Source: Macrostomum lignano (taxonomy: Eukaryota). From it: a DNA stretch of 64,000 bases. The stretch covers positions 684,395 through 748,394 of the forward strand of contig NIVC01000255.1 of the NCBI GenBank assembly GCA_002269645.1. The letters run 5' to 3'. Below the pieces are notes generated by a model. That model searched no databases. It was not told the origin of the DNA and was given only the letters and a program-made list of their open reading frames with translations. Every line of letters starts with the position of its first letter. Positions within the stretch are counted from its first letter, which is position 1. The position numbers were made by a program, and so were the translations under genes. Of this stretch, positions 49,330 to 60,729 are shown piece after piece.

Positions 49330-50170
49330 TGACAGGAGAGGGGAGAAATTACATAATGAGAGTAAAGAGAAGGGAGAGATGTGAGTGGGAGAAGAGAAGA
49401 AAATGTAGAGGTAAGGGAGAAATGAGAAGGGAGATGAGAAAGAGAGAAGAAAGGGGGGAGGAGATGAGAGAGAGGTGAGAGAGGAGAGAGGGAGAGATGG
49501 ATGAGACGGAGAGAAAAGAGGTGAAAGGGAGAGATGAGAGAGATGAGAGAGAAGTGGGGTAGGAGAGGAGAGATGAGAGAAGAGAGGGAGATATGAGAGA
49601 TACGAGAAGAGAGGGGAGAGAGGAGAGAGAGGTGAGAGAGGAGAGAGGGAGAGATGGATGAGACGGAGAGAAAAGAGGTGAAAGGGAGAGATGAGAGAGA
49701 TGAGAGAGAAGTGGGGTAGGAGAGGAGAGATGAGAGAAGAGAGGGAGATATGAGAGATACGAGAAGAGAGGGGAGAGAGGAGAGAGGAGGGGTAAGAGGT
49801 GAGAGGGAGAGAGGAGAGGTGAGAGGAAGAGATGAGAGGTGAGAGGGATAGATGAGAGGCGAGAGGAAGATATGAGAGGTGAGAGGGATAGATGAGAGGC
49901 GAGAGGAAGAGATGAGAGGTGAGAGGGATCGAGAGATGAGAGGTGAGACGAAGAGATGAGAGGTGAGAGGAAGAGATGAGAGGTGAGAGGGAGAGAGGAA
50001 GAGATGAGAGGTGAGAGGGAGAGAGGAAGAGATGAGAGGTGGAGAGGGGAGAGATGAGAGGTGGAGGGGTGAGAGGTGAGAGGGAGAGAGGAGAGGTGAG
50101 AGGTGAGAGGGAGAGAGGAGAGGTGAGAGGGGAGAGATGAGAGGTGAGGGAAAGAAGACATGAGAGAGGT
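49330..50170. repeat. GA-rich low-complexity minisatellite
   Basis: GAGAGGTGAGAG-type units with an internal ~130-bp duplication. Confidence 0.9.
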
Positions 50171-50629
50171 GCGAGGGTATCAAGCTGTCAAGTTCAGACA
50201 GTACCAATCAGAGCGGATTACAAATTACAGAGACTCGCTGACCATTTATCAACAACAAAAAACACCTAAAAACACTTAATTAATGCGATTGACAAACAGA
50301 AACAGTGCATGGGAGCAGCTAAGGTTAAAGGTGACGTATAAAAATTAGCCATGCAAGACTAACGAACCCTGACCCTGGCCTTCAGCTTAATGTACTTTAG
50401 TATGTGGCTAAAAAACTAAATTCAAATAGCAACAGGCAGTTTATAAAGCGATTTAAAACAACAGTATGCGGGGTACTGGTTCTCTGACTGTCTGGATTCG
50501 AAGATCCCAAACTGGAAATATTGAAATCCAGGAATTAGGATTAACGCTTCTTAGGTATAGATTACCTAAGAAGGTATAGGTATTCCTAGAAAGTATACCT
50601 AGAAGGTATAGGTATACTTTCGGCGATTT

Positions 50630-50860
50630 CTGGGATTTGGGATTCGGGATCTATGGGATTTGGGATTCGGGATCTATGGGACTTGGGATTCAAGATCTAG
50701 GGGATTCGGGATTCGGGATCTGGGGGATTTTGGATTCGGGATCTATGGGATTTGGGATTCGGGATCTGAAGGATTTGGAATTCGGTATCTTTGGGATTTG
50801 GGATTCGGGATCTATAGGATTTGGGATTCGGGATCTGTGGGATTTGGGATTCGGGATGAG
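50630..50860. repeat. (GGGATTTGGGATTCGGGATCTAT)-type repeat downstream of the bestrophin stop
   Basis: Tandem periodicity. Confidence 0.88.
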
Positions 50861-50982
50861 TCGAGAAGAATCCAGGATTAATTATGTGGGTTCAGCATTT
50901 ATTCCCTCAATCCAATGAGCTGATTTAGAAGCTAAAAAATGATTTAACCTGTCAAATTGCCAAGCATCGAAGCCCTGGCAGA

Positions 50983-53900
50983 TCAGACCAGAGGCTCAGA
51001 CGCGTCCCTGCCATCGCCAGACAGGAGAGGCAGACTCTCAGCCCTGGCAATGCCCTGCTCTTGCTGGTCAGACCGGCGCTGCTGGTCCCGATGGTTGTCG
51101 GCATCGACTTCTAGCACCAGGATGTTGCTGTCATCATCGCCCAGAGACATGTTCACCGAGGAGGTGTCAGGCCCGATCATGGAAGCGGATCTGGGGTGCT
51201 GCAGCGTCGCGGGCCTCAAGCTGACCAGGCCCTGCTTTTGTTGTTGTTTCTGCTGCTTCTGGTGAAATTTGTGCTGCTGCTGCTGCGGCTTGGTGAGCGA
51301 TTTTAAAGCTTCCTTGCGTTCGGCGTTGGCCTTGGCCTTGGCCTTGGCGCCGCTGGACAGCTGGAACACGTCCAGGTGGTGCACAAGATCCTTGCCCTGA
51401 CGTTGCAGCCGCTTCAACAGGGCTCTGGTCAGGTGGGCCTCCGTCTCCTCGGCTGTGCCGAACGAGTCGTTAGAGTGCACCTCGTTGAAGTCGAAGGTGC
51501 GGAACAGGTCGACGAGTTGCTGCTCCTCTGGCTCGCCGTTGTCGGTGAGGCCTGGGGGGAACAGCGAGTCCTCGGCGCCGCCCAGCTTCACCGACACCTT
51601 CAGATTGGAGTTGAGGATCTCCGACAGAGGCAGGTCGGCCTTGTCCTTGCCGAGCGGGTTCATCAGGCACATGCCGATCTTGAACCAGCCTGGGGCAGGT
51701 TGGGATTCGCGAATCTTAGGATTTGTCATTTGGGATCTTTCAGTTGGTCTGGTTGAGAATTCGGGATCTTTTAGTTTGGTCTGGTTGGGACTTGGGATCT
51801 TTGAGTTTGGTCTGGTTGTGGATTTGGGATCTTCTAGTTTGGTCTGATTGGGATTTGGGATCTTTGAGTTTGGTCTGATTGGGATTTGGAATCTCTTAGT
51901 TTGGTCTGATTGGGGATTTGGGATCTTTGAGTTTGGTCTGGTTGGGATTTGGGATATTTTTTGCTTGGTCCACAGATACTAAAATTTAGATGGGCCATTC
52001 AGGCATATATACTTAGTAAAACAGCTTTCTACTTTCAGTTCAGTAGCAAAGAAGAATGCATAAGCTATTTTATAAAAATAACGGCAGCTGAAACGACTTT
52101 GATAAGTTTAGAAGCCAAGCTTGCAGGCGTAAACAACTTGCTAATTGGTTCAGCAATAATGTACATTAGCCAGTCCACTGAAATGTACATGGCAGCTTTA
52201 CGCTGGAATTCCGAGAAAGGCAATAAAATTGGGGCGGGGCGGGGCGGGGGTGGTGTGGAAAGGCGCGGTTGAAGGGTTTAAGCTGAGAGTTTAAGCTAAA
52301 TACATTAAAATGCTTCGGTTTTACTTACTACTGAACTGACAGTAGCTTACACGCAAATGTGCTGAGTGGCCAATCTAGTTATTCTAGTATCTGCTGCGGT
52401 TTGGTCTGGACTCCGGTTTTACACGCATGCTTGGGCGCAACCTTGGGATTCACCCGGCCGTTTCTATTGGCAACACACACATGTAAGTCGCTATTGGACA
52501 GATGGGTCTTTCTCGAAAGCAACTTACGATCGGCCATAGACGTAAGTTGGGGAGGAAGTGCTTCAGCTTATGGCTTGCTCGAAAGTCTCGCAACTTGAAA
52601 CGACGTACGATCGATCGCAACTTTGCGAGCTCGTAACTTTGCGCAAAATACTGTTTCTCGAAACGTTCGTATGTCTATGGTCTTTCGTAAGGTTGATCTT
52701 GATCTTAACCCTACGACTGCTCGGTATCAGTCGTAAGAAGCACTTATCGGAGAGATCTCAGGGTACGATATCTTTAATACTGCAAGTGACAGCAAAGATC
52801 ATGGCGACCAAGCGCCAACCCAACTTCTCGCCTGGAGAAAAGGAGAAAATGTTAATGTTACCGTCTTAACTTTTCTCGTTTACTAAGTAACTAAATAAAC
52901 TTAGCAACTCTTAACAAGTTTTACAAAATCGCGGATACAGAAAGCAGTACAGCAAGTAGAACTTTTTAGAAAAAGACCAATGCGCGGTCAGCAACATGCA
53001 GACGCAGTAGGATAGTAGCGAGTATGAAGTCCATTTTATTAACTTTGAAATTAATGTTAAGCACCAATATGTACAAAAAGAATATATACCGAAGCAGACA
53101 AAACCATCGGAATCGTTGCCCACTTCGGCCATAGACAACATTTTTTCGCTTCGCGATAACTTGCGAACTGCGTAAACCCTAGTTGCGAGAACCCTAGGTT
53201 AGCTTCGAGAAACAGCTTTACGACCCGTCTTACGCCAAGCGCAAAGTTCGGACTTACGCCTGCACTTATCATAGAACTTACAATAGGTTCGAGAAAGACC
53301 CCCCCAGAATAGTAGTCACGTGACTGCTCTCAGCCAATAGCCACTTACGTGTGTGTTGCTAATAGAACGGCCGGGTGATTCCCAAGGTTGCGCATGTATG
53401 TTTACACGCCCCCCACCCAATTAGCAACTCACCCAGATAGAAGATGAACTCCAACGAGCCTAAAATGGGGATATGGGACAGGACTTCCACGCCGGTGGTG
53501 CTACCCGGATCGGCGACTATGGACCCGTTGGCAACGGAGTGCCGATCCAACCCCACCTCCGACTCGATCAGCTGAGTTGACAGCAGCGTGGAGAACAGGA
53601 AGATGTACACGGCCGTGACGGCCACCTGGGTGTACACCAGCGGGATGTTGAACTCGCTGTAGGTCCACACAATGCCGAGATCGTTGCGAAAGTTCTGCGC
53701 GATCGTCACCATCCACAGGAACTGGCGCTCGTCCGCGATGCAGCCTGCGACGGTGTGCGTTTGGGATTTGGGATTTGTCTCAACTGAGATCCCCAATTTC
53801 AACATATTACTCAAGTCAGCCCTTCATCTCACTCTGAAAGATTACCCTGCATCTCATTATTAGTTTCCCTACATCTCACTTTTAGGTTCCCTTCATCTCA

Positions 53901-56900
53901 CTACTAGATTTCCTTCATCTCACTATTAGGTTCCCTTCATCTCACTATTAGTTTCCCTTCATCTCACTATTAGATTTCCTTCATCTCACTATTAGTTTCC
54001 CTTCATAACACTATTAGATTTCCTTCATCTCACTATTAGTTTCCCTTCAAAACACTATTAGATTTCCTTCATCTCACTATTAGGTTCCCTTCATCTCACT
54101 ATTAGTATTCCTTTATCTCACTACTAGTTTCCCTTCATCTCACTATTAGATTTCCTTCATCTCACTATTAGTTTCCCTTCATAACACTATTAGATTTCCT
54201 TCATCTCACTATTAGGTTCCCTTCATAACACTATTAGATTTCCTTCATCTCACTATTAGGTTCCGTTCATCTCACTAATAGGTTCCCTTCATCTCACTAT
54301 TAAATTCTTTTCATCTCACTATTATTTTCCCTTATCTCACTATTAGTTTCCCTTAGTATCACTATTAGATTCCCTTCATCTCATTACCGGATTCCCTTCA
54401 TCATATTATTGGATTCCCTTCATCTCATTATTGGATTCCCTTCATCTCATTATCGGATTCCTTTCATTTCACTATTAGTTTCCCTTTATCCCATTATTAG
54501 GTTCCCTTTATTTCACTATTAGATTCCCTTTATCTCGACATCTCACTGTTATATTCCCTTCATCTCACTATTAGTTTTCCTTCATCCCTTGATCATTTTC
54601 AAGCGAAACTGCAAAATTGTGTGCTAGCTAGTGCAGCTCAGGCTAGTAGTTGCATACTGAATTAAATTGGCAGTGGTCTGCCTCTACGCCTCGAGGGATG
54701 GCAGGATGTAAAATACTAGCCAGATCCCCGTTTATCTTAGTATATATATATTAGTAGTATTATTATCTATACATATAACGCTGCACGAGTGATGAGGACG
54801 AACCAGTTAACCAGCTGAAGCTGACTGCAAATCCTAAATTTATGCCAACATGCGATAGTAGTTCAAGCATGCTATACAATACATGCATGCTAATATAGTT
54901 AACTCTCTGTAAAGATAAGGAACTGGATCCTTCTTTCCCCCATCCCCTTGACTAAGATCGATGTAAGATGAACAGCGCAGACTGAGAGGGAATTCCAGAT
55001 AGATACAAAGAATCTGAGACAACCCTAGACAAAGACTCAGAGACATCCCAGACGGACAAAGACTCAGAGACGTCCCAGACGGACAAAGACTCAGAGACGT
55101 CCCAGACGGACAAAGACTCAGAGACGTCCCAGACGGACAAAGACTCAGAGACGTCCCAGACGGACAAAGACTCAGAGACGTCCCAGACGGACAAAGACTC
55201 AGAGACGTCCCAGACGGACAAAGACTCAGAGACGTCCCAGACGGACAAAGACTCAGAGACGTCCCAGACGGACAAAGACTCAGAGACATCCCAGACGGAC
55301 AAAGACTCAGAGACGTCCCAGACGGACAAAGACTCAGAGACGTCCCAGACGGACAAAGACTCAGAGACGTCCCAGACGGACAAAGACTCAGAGACTTCCC
55401 AGACGGACAAAGACTCAGAGACATCCCAGACGGACAAAGACTCAGAGACAGCCCTAGCTAGACAAAGACTCAGACACTCCTAGACAAAGACTCAGACACC
55501 CCCATACCGACAGACTCAGCTGTAGACAACCCTAGACAAAGACTCAGAGACATCCCTAGACAAATACTCAGAGACACCCAGAGCCGACAAAGACTCAGAG
55601 ACACCCCTAGACAAAGACTCAGACAACCCAGACCGACAAAGACTCAGACACCCCCATACCGACAGACTCAGCTCTAGACAACCCTAGATAAAGATTCAGA
55701 TACAACCTTAGACAGATTCAGATATAACCCTAGACAAAGACTCAGAGGCAACCCAGACACAAAGACTCAGAAACACCCCCAGAATGCTGACTCAAAATTG
55801 AAGGATTAAATCAATGAAGCTAAAAAAAACATGAAACTCACCAATATTCTTAGCCCGCCTCATAATTCTGTTAGCCCAGCCAAGAGGCAGCCAGTACTCA
55901 GGCGTATAAGTCCAATCGGTGTCTTTAGACAGCTCAGCAGACCTAGCGAACACTTGCATCTCTTCCTCTGTGATCAGTTTGCCAAAATATTTCTGCACTT
56001 TAGCATCGGAATTGATTAGTTCGAGTCTCTGTCGCCAGGTAAGCTTAAACTCTCGAGTATTCTTCGGTCGCATAAAACCGAACCGATGCTTAATGTGTAG
56101 CGAAATAGTGGCCATCATTAGTATCCAGGCCAGGTTGAAATACCGCAGCACAGTGATTCGAACTTTTCTAGCAATATCGGATTTCGATTTGTGACAGCTC
56201 TCGATTAGGCCTTGCGCGTAGAAGGCTGGCGCGTGCATCCATGGGATTGCCATGCACATGCTCCACCAGCTGGGCAGAATAGGATGCGTGCGGGGTGAAT
56301 TTGCACAAATATGCAAATTCCCTTAATCACTTGAATTCAGGATGTAAAATCATATAGACTAAGACTAATACTTCTCTTTGAATCATTTTACAGATCTTGA
56401 TAGCAAAAATTCTCATATATTTTATTTACCATCACTGCTCTCTGCTATTTTCCTTCTCTTGCAATCTACTGTCTCCACCTCTCACCAACCACTCTCAGTA
56501 TCCACTCACTTCCTCCACCTTTCACTTTTCATCTTCCTCTCAGTCTCCTTCTCCCTCTTAGTCTCTATCTGCCTCACTGCCTGCCACTCTCCCTCTCCCT
56601 CTTCCTGCAACTCTCCCTCTTCCTGCAACTCTCCCTCTCCCTCTTCCTGCAACTCTCCCCTCTCCCTCTTACTGCCACTCTCCCTCTCCCTCTTCCTGCC
56701 ACTCTCTCTCCCTCTTCCTGCCACTCTCCCTCTGTTTTCCTGCCACTCTCCCTCTCTTTTCCTGCCACTCTCCCTCTCTTTTCCTGCCACTCTCCCTCTC
56801 CCTCTTCCTGCCACTCTCCCTCTCCCTCTTCCTGCCACTCTCCCTCTCCCTCTTCCTGCCACTCTCCCTCTCCCTCTTCCTGCCACTCTCCCTCTCCCTC

Positions 56901-59678
56901 TTCCTGCCACTCTCCCTCTCCCTCTTCCTGCCACTCTCCTCTTCCTGCCACTCTCCTCTTCCTGCCACTCTCCCTCTCTTTTCCTGCCACTCTCCCTCTC
57001 TTTTCCTGCCACTCTCCCTCTTCCTGCCACTCTCCCTCTCTTCCTGCCACTCTCCCTCTCCCTGTTCCTGCCACTCTCCCTCTCCCTGTTCCTGCCACTC
57101 TCCCTCTTCATCTTATCCCTCTTATTCATTTTTCCCACTCTCTCTCTCCAATTCGTGGAGATGCCTCCCCCTCTCGTCTCCAGTCTCCCTCCCACGCTCC
57201 TATTCTAATCCCGATTCCTAATATAATAATAATAACCTCTGAATGCGACTGAACCAGTGGCTACTGACTGTTGCGCCTCACGAGGGCGATAGCCGGCCTC
57301 AATTTTAGGCTGCGTTAACAGACAATCCAAGTCCCTGGGAGTTAGACACACATCTTCCACCAGTCGCTTAATAAAAGTGGAGTCGTAAATTGCAGTTGTC
57401 GTTTTCTAAAAATCGAACTCATGTCGAACAACCAAGAGACCAAGCCTTTTTTATTGCCTGCTATCTATCCACTGTCTTATGGATGCGATTTTAATGGAAT
57501 AACGATGTTACAATATGATTTAGATGATTACAGTAAAAAGTTATTAACTCAAGTAGGTAATGACTCTAACTCCACACTGCACTTGGTTTTCTTAGAAATG
57601 ATCTGAAAGCCGGTAAACCAACGTATATCTGTCGTACCGCCAGTGCTGAATGGGGGTTTCGCTATTTCACTTGGCTTGATGCTTGTTAGGATAGAAAAAA
57701 ACTTGAAGTTATCCGTGCATGTGGAAATTTCCAAGTGGAATTTTCCACGAATTCCAAGCAATGATTTATCGTGCGCTTGGTTTGGATAGCCTTCGCTTCA
57801 GATAATATTTACTAAAGTACGCGCTCTGTGGGCTCTAATTTTTCATCAGTCAGTCAGTCAGACAGGACGTTCGTGTGTTAAGGCTAACAAGGGTGAAGGA
57901 AGTTGAGGCCGAGGGTAAACCACCTTATCTCTTACCTAAAGGCTAAAAACGCTAAAATTAGAAACCAAGCCAGAGAGCCAAATCTTTCTAGGAAAAAATA
58001 ATTTTAAAAAGTCAGTACGCTCGTACAACGTGCCTACTTTCCTAATATGGAAATTGCGTTTTTTCGCCTTCGCCCTGTTAAAAAACTAAAAGTAAGTTTA
58101 AGTAAGCCTCGTTGGTTTGGTTCGGGCGAACGAAATCATAATGCCGCACTGCGTCAGTCGAGATGGAAAGGGAGATAGACAGAGAAATTCGACACGAGGG
58201 TTAAAATTACTGGCTCTAGCTAGCTAGATAGATTTCCACAAGTCTGACTTCACCTAGAAAGGGCACGAGGACCGTACAGACTACAGACCGTCTGCGAAAG
58301 CCCACAGGGACCCAGGAGAAAAATTCCATTCTTAGTTATTTTTAGACATTTTTGACTTTCCCTCCAAGTAAAAGTACAGATTTTCAAAAGTTTAAGTTTT
58401 TTATTCTGATCCGTAAACAATAATATTACTAATAGTACACGACGAACTATAAAACACAACTTAAAATCTAACCTTAACCTAACCTAAACAGAGTGCAGTC
58501 ATGTCTATAGAGTCAAAAAGAAACACGAGAAACGCATTGCGAGATTCAGTTAAAACAAATATAAAAGTTGGCTCCATAAGTCTAGATTGGAACTAGAACA
58601 AACGTTTTATGACGTATGAAACATTCGCCGACGGCGACACTTATTCAGACACTTCTACAGACACTTTAGTTTCTATCGTACGAATCGTAGGAACAAGCAT
58701 TAAATTTAAAATTTGTTTATTCCTAACAAACTATCAGTAAACAGCTTTATTTTTAGCTTTCTTGCTTTATTTTATTAAATATGAATCATGAAATTTGTTA
58801 TTCTGCATAGATTCTCTTCACGTGAAGAAGAATGTTAAATTTGTCCAGGACACTTCCTAATTCATATTTAATAAAATAAAGCAAAAAAAGCTTAAAATAA
58901 AGCAGTTTACTGGTAGTTTGTAAGGAATAAACAAATTTAATGCTTGTTCCTACGATTCGTACGACAGAAACTAAAGTGTCTGTAGAAGTGTCTGAATAAG
59001 TGTCGGCGAATGTTTCATACGTGTTTTATGGGGTTGCTTTTTACAAGATCAAAACTTCTCATTGTGAAAATAGGTAACAATTTTTAAGACCTCTGGTCCT
59101 GGAAATAAAAAACTACCTAGTGTGTTAATAGTTAAGAAAGCAAACTTTTGGATTTGTTTAAATTTCTGTACATTGTGAATCGTGATTTTGTGAACTCCGT
59201 TTAAAAATATATTAGCATGGATTAACAAAAAACAAAAAGCCGAATGTAGGCTAGGTCTTCGAATTTCCATTGATTTTATCAGCAATTTGCTCATTTAATA
59301 CCCCGTGCAATTTAATGTAATTTAATTATTTAATTTAACCTTCACTTTTACAATATGCAATTATCAATTATCGATTTTTATCGATTGATCAAAAAACACT
59401 CACCGACTAAGAACCGAAGAGACAAAGAAGCCGAGCATAAAGGACAACGGCACTGAAGTTCGAATTGATCCAGTACTGCGAATAACAGCTTCAAATGTAA
59501 TTCGCCTTGTAGGAGATAATAATTGATGATACATGACAGCTAAGCCGACGTAGGCCAATGCAAAGAAAAAAAAATCAACCCAGAGCAATTGCCAAACACT
59601 GCCGCTCCAGCGAAAGAGCAGTTTTAAAAAGAACAGCTTCTCTTTAGTGTAGATGTTGCTGGCGTAGCTCACCGCCAT
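50983..59678 (-). CDS. BEST: Bestrophin-family anion channel, 4 exons, ~573 aa
   Basis: Exons 59678-59404, 56269-55842, 53744-53433, 51689-50983 sum to 1722 nt, in frame. Motifs MAVSY, LLFRWSGSVW, VPLSFMLGFFV, R|WW, IPW, LRYFNL, YWLPLGWA, NIPLVYTQVAVTAVY, FIFYLG|WFKIG..LMNPLG. Low-complexity Q/K-rich C-terminus. Confidence 0.92.
51700..51960. repeat. TTGGGATCTTTGAGTTTGGTCTG-type repeat next to the bestrophin exon-4 acceptor
   Basis: Tandem periodicity. Confidence 0.85.
52435..53393. mobile_element. Outer imperfect inverted repeat (~60-bp arms) enclosing the Harbinger-like remnant
   Basis: 52435-52497 (GCGCAACCTTGGGATTCACCCGGCCG...CTATTGG) is the reverse complement, with a few mismatches and indels, of 53334-53393 (CCAATAG...CGGCCGGGTGATTCCCAAGGTTGCGC). 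Confidence 0.7.
52504..53301 (+). mobile_element. Internally deleted Harbinger/PIF-like DNA transposon remnant
   Basis: 14-bp perfect TIR GGGTCTTTCTCGAA / TTCGAGAAAGACCC. Subterminal TTCTCGAAA/TTCGAGAAA repeats. 22-aa ORF MATKRQPNFSPGEKEKMLMLPS (52801-52869) resembles the start of the Myb/SANT-like domain of Harbinger accessory proteins. No TSD recognised. Confidence 0.55.
53820..54595. repeat. ~21-bp minisatellite (TTCCCTTCATCTCACTATTAG)n, bestrophin intron 2
   Basis: Tandem periodicity. Confidence 0.93.
55010..55780. repeat. 27-bp minisatellite (AGACGGACAAAGACTCAGAGACGTCCC)n, bestrophin intron 2
   Basis: Homogeneous core 55040-55445, degenerate toward the donor. Confidence 0.95.
56560..57110. 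repeat. CT-rich minisatellite (CTTCCTGCCACTCTCCCTCT)n, bestrophin intron 1
   Basis: Tandem periodicity. Confidence 0.92.
58612..59022. mobile_element. Foldback MITE, 411 bp, ~160-170-bp inverted arms, 8-bp TSD GTTTTATG
   Basis: Ends ACGTATGAAACATTCGCCGAC / GTCGGCGAATGTTTCATACGT. The arms pair over most of their length. Direct repeat GTTTTATG at 58604-58611 and 59023-59030. Confidence 0.88.
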
Positions 59679-60729
59679 TTTTGTGTGAATTCGGTCCGGA
59701 CAGGATCGGTGGGAAAACTTTCTAACCAGCAACTTGCAAACTTAACTTGCAAACCGATAGTCGTAGCCTAGATACTTATACTATTGTCCTGCTGTTCCTG
59801 ACTCTTATAAAAGTAACTTTCCTTCATACAGCAAAACAAGTCAATACTGACGAAGGCCTGGGTGAGAACTGGAGTGCCCTATTGCAGAGGAAAGGAATTA
59901 TAAACAGGATAGGATTCCCTTCCTCCAATGCTTTGTCCCTTCTCCCTCATTCCTTCCCCTCCCCCGATGGAGGAGGGCCGAGGGGGAAGGAGAGAGAAGG
60001 AAAAGGCGTTGTAGGCTGGAAAATTACTGGGGCTTTCCCCGATGTCCAAGGTCAAACAGATCTCGCCCAGTCTGTTCCTCCTTGGGCCAACACTGTACAC
60101 ACAAGAGGGTATGTACATTTAGCTCCCCCCAATTCGTCCCTCTCTCCCCCAAATCGCGGGGCCAAATGGCTTTATTGCTTCATTTTGTGCGGCAGAAACT
60201 GTACTGTGAACTTTGTCTCGACACGCACGAGTCCTCGTCTGCGACAGATTTTTATCCAAGACCAACACTTGTTTTTCTCCGTCGCAGACTCGCAATTCGC
60301 TAACTTATTCCCGTTTAATAACACAAGTTCACCATAATGAGGCACAGCACAGGCAGGAATGATGTAGCTGGACGACCTTAGTGACAGCCTGACAGGGATT
60401 CTACTGCTTCTACCTGTATGTAGCGCATTAAAAGGTTGAAACTGATTTCAAATGTTGTGGATTTCTATCTAATGTTGTAGAATTCAAATGTTCATTATTT
60501 TTTGTCTCAGGGCGGCCCTCAACTTCATTTGTTTCTAATGCCGTGAATTCCTAATGCCAATTTCTAAGGCGATTCGCTCACTTATTAGACAAATTTTCAA
60601 CTCTAAAATCACTCACAATAGGTACAGTTTTAGATGAGATTGTACAATTTTACTCTTGATTCTTGAGGATGATCTAGTGAGATTCTATGGATGATTCAGC
60701 ATTCAGGGGAGATTCTCAGACTGGTTTAG

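Noticed and set aside
57215-57800. (AAT)n runs (also 48763 and 61785) as retrotransposon tails
   Set aside because: No reverse transcriptase or endonuclease ORF remnants or TSDs could be recognised next to them.
40-59678. CLCA, bestrophin and Cys-loop channel as a functional chloride/ion-channel gene cluster
   Set aside because: The genes are unrelated in sequence, 45 kb apart, interspersed with PGGT1B, RAR and NPF, and on mixed strands. Nothing in the sequence shows co-regulation; synteny in other species would be needed.
59845-59880. CTGACGA...GAA as a hammerhead ribozyme core (also CTGATGA at ~8010)
   Set aside because: No convincing stem II closed by GAAA and no stems I/III visible.
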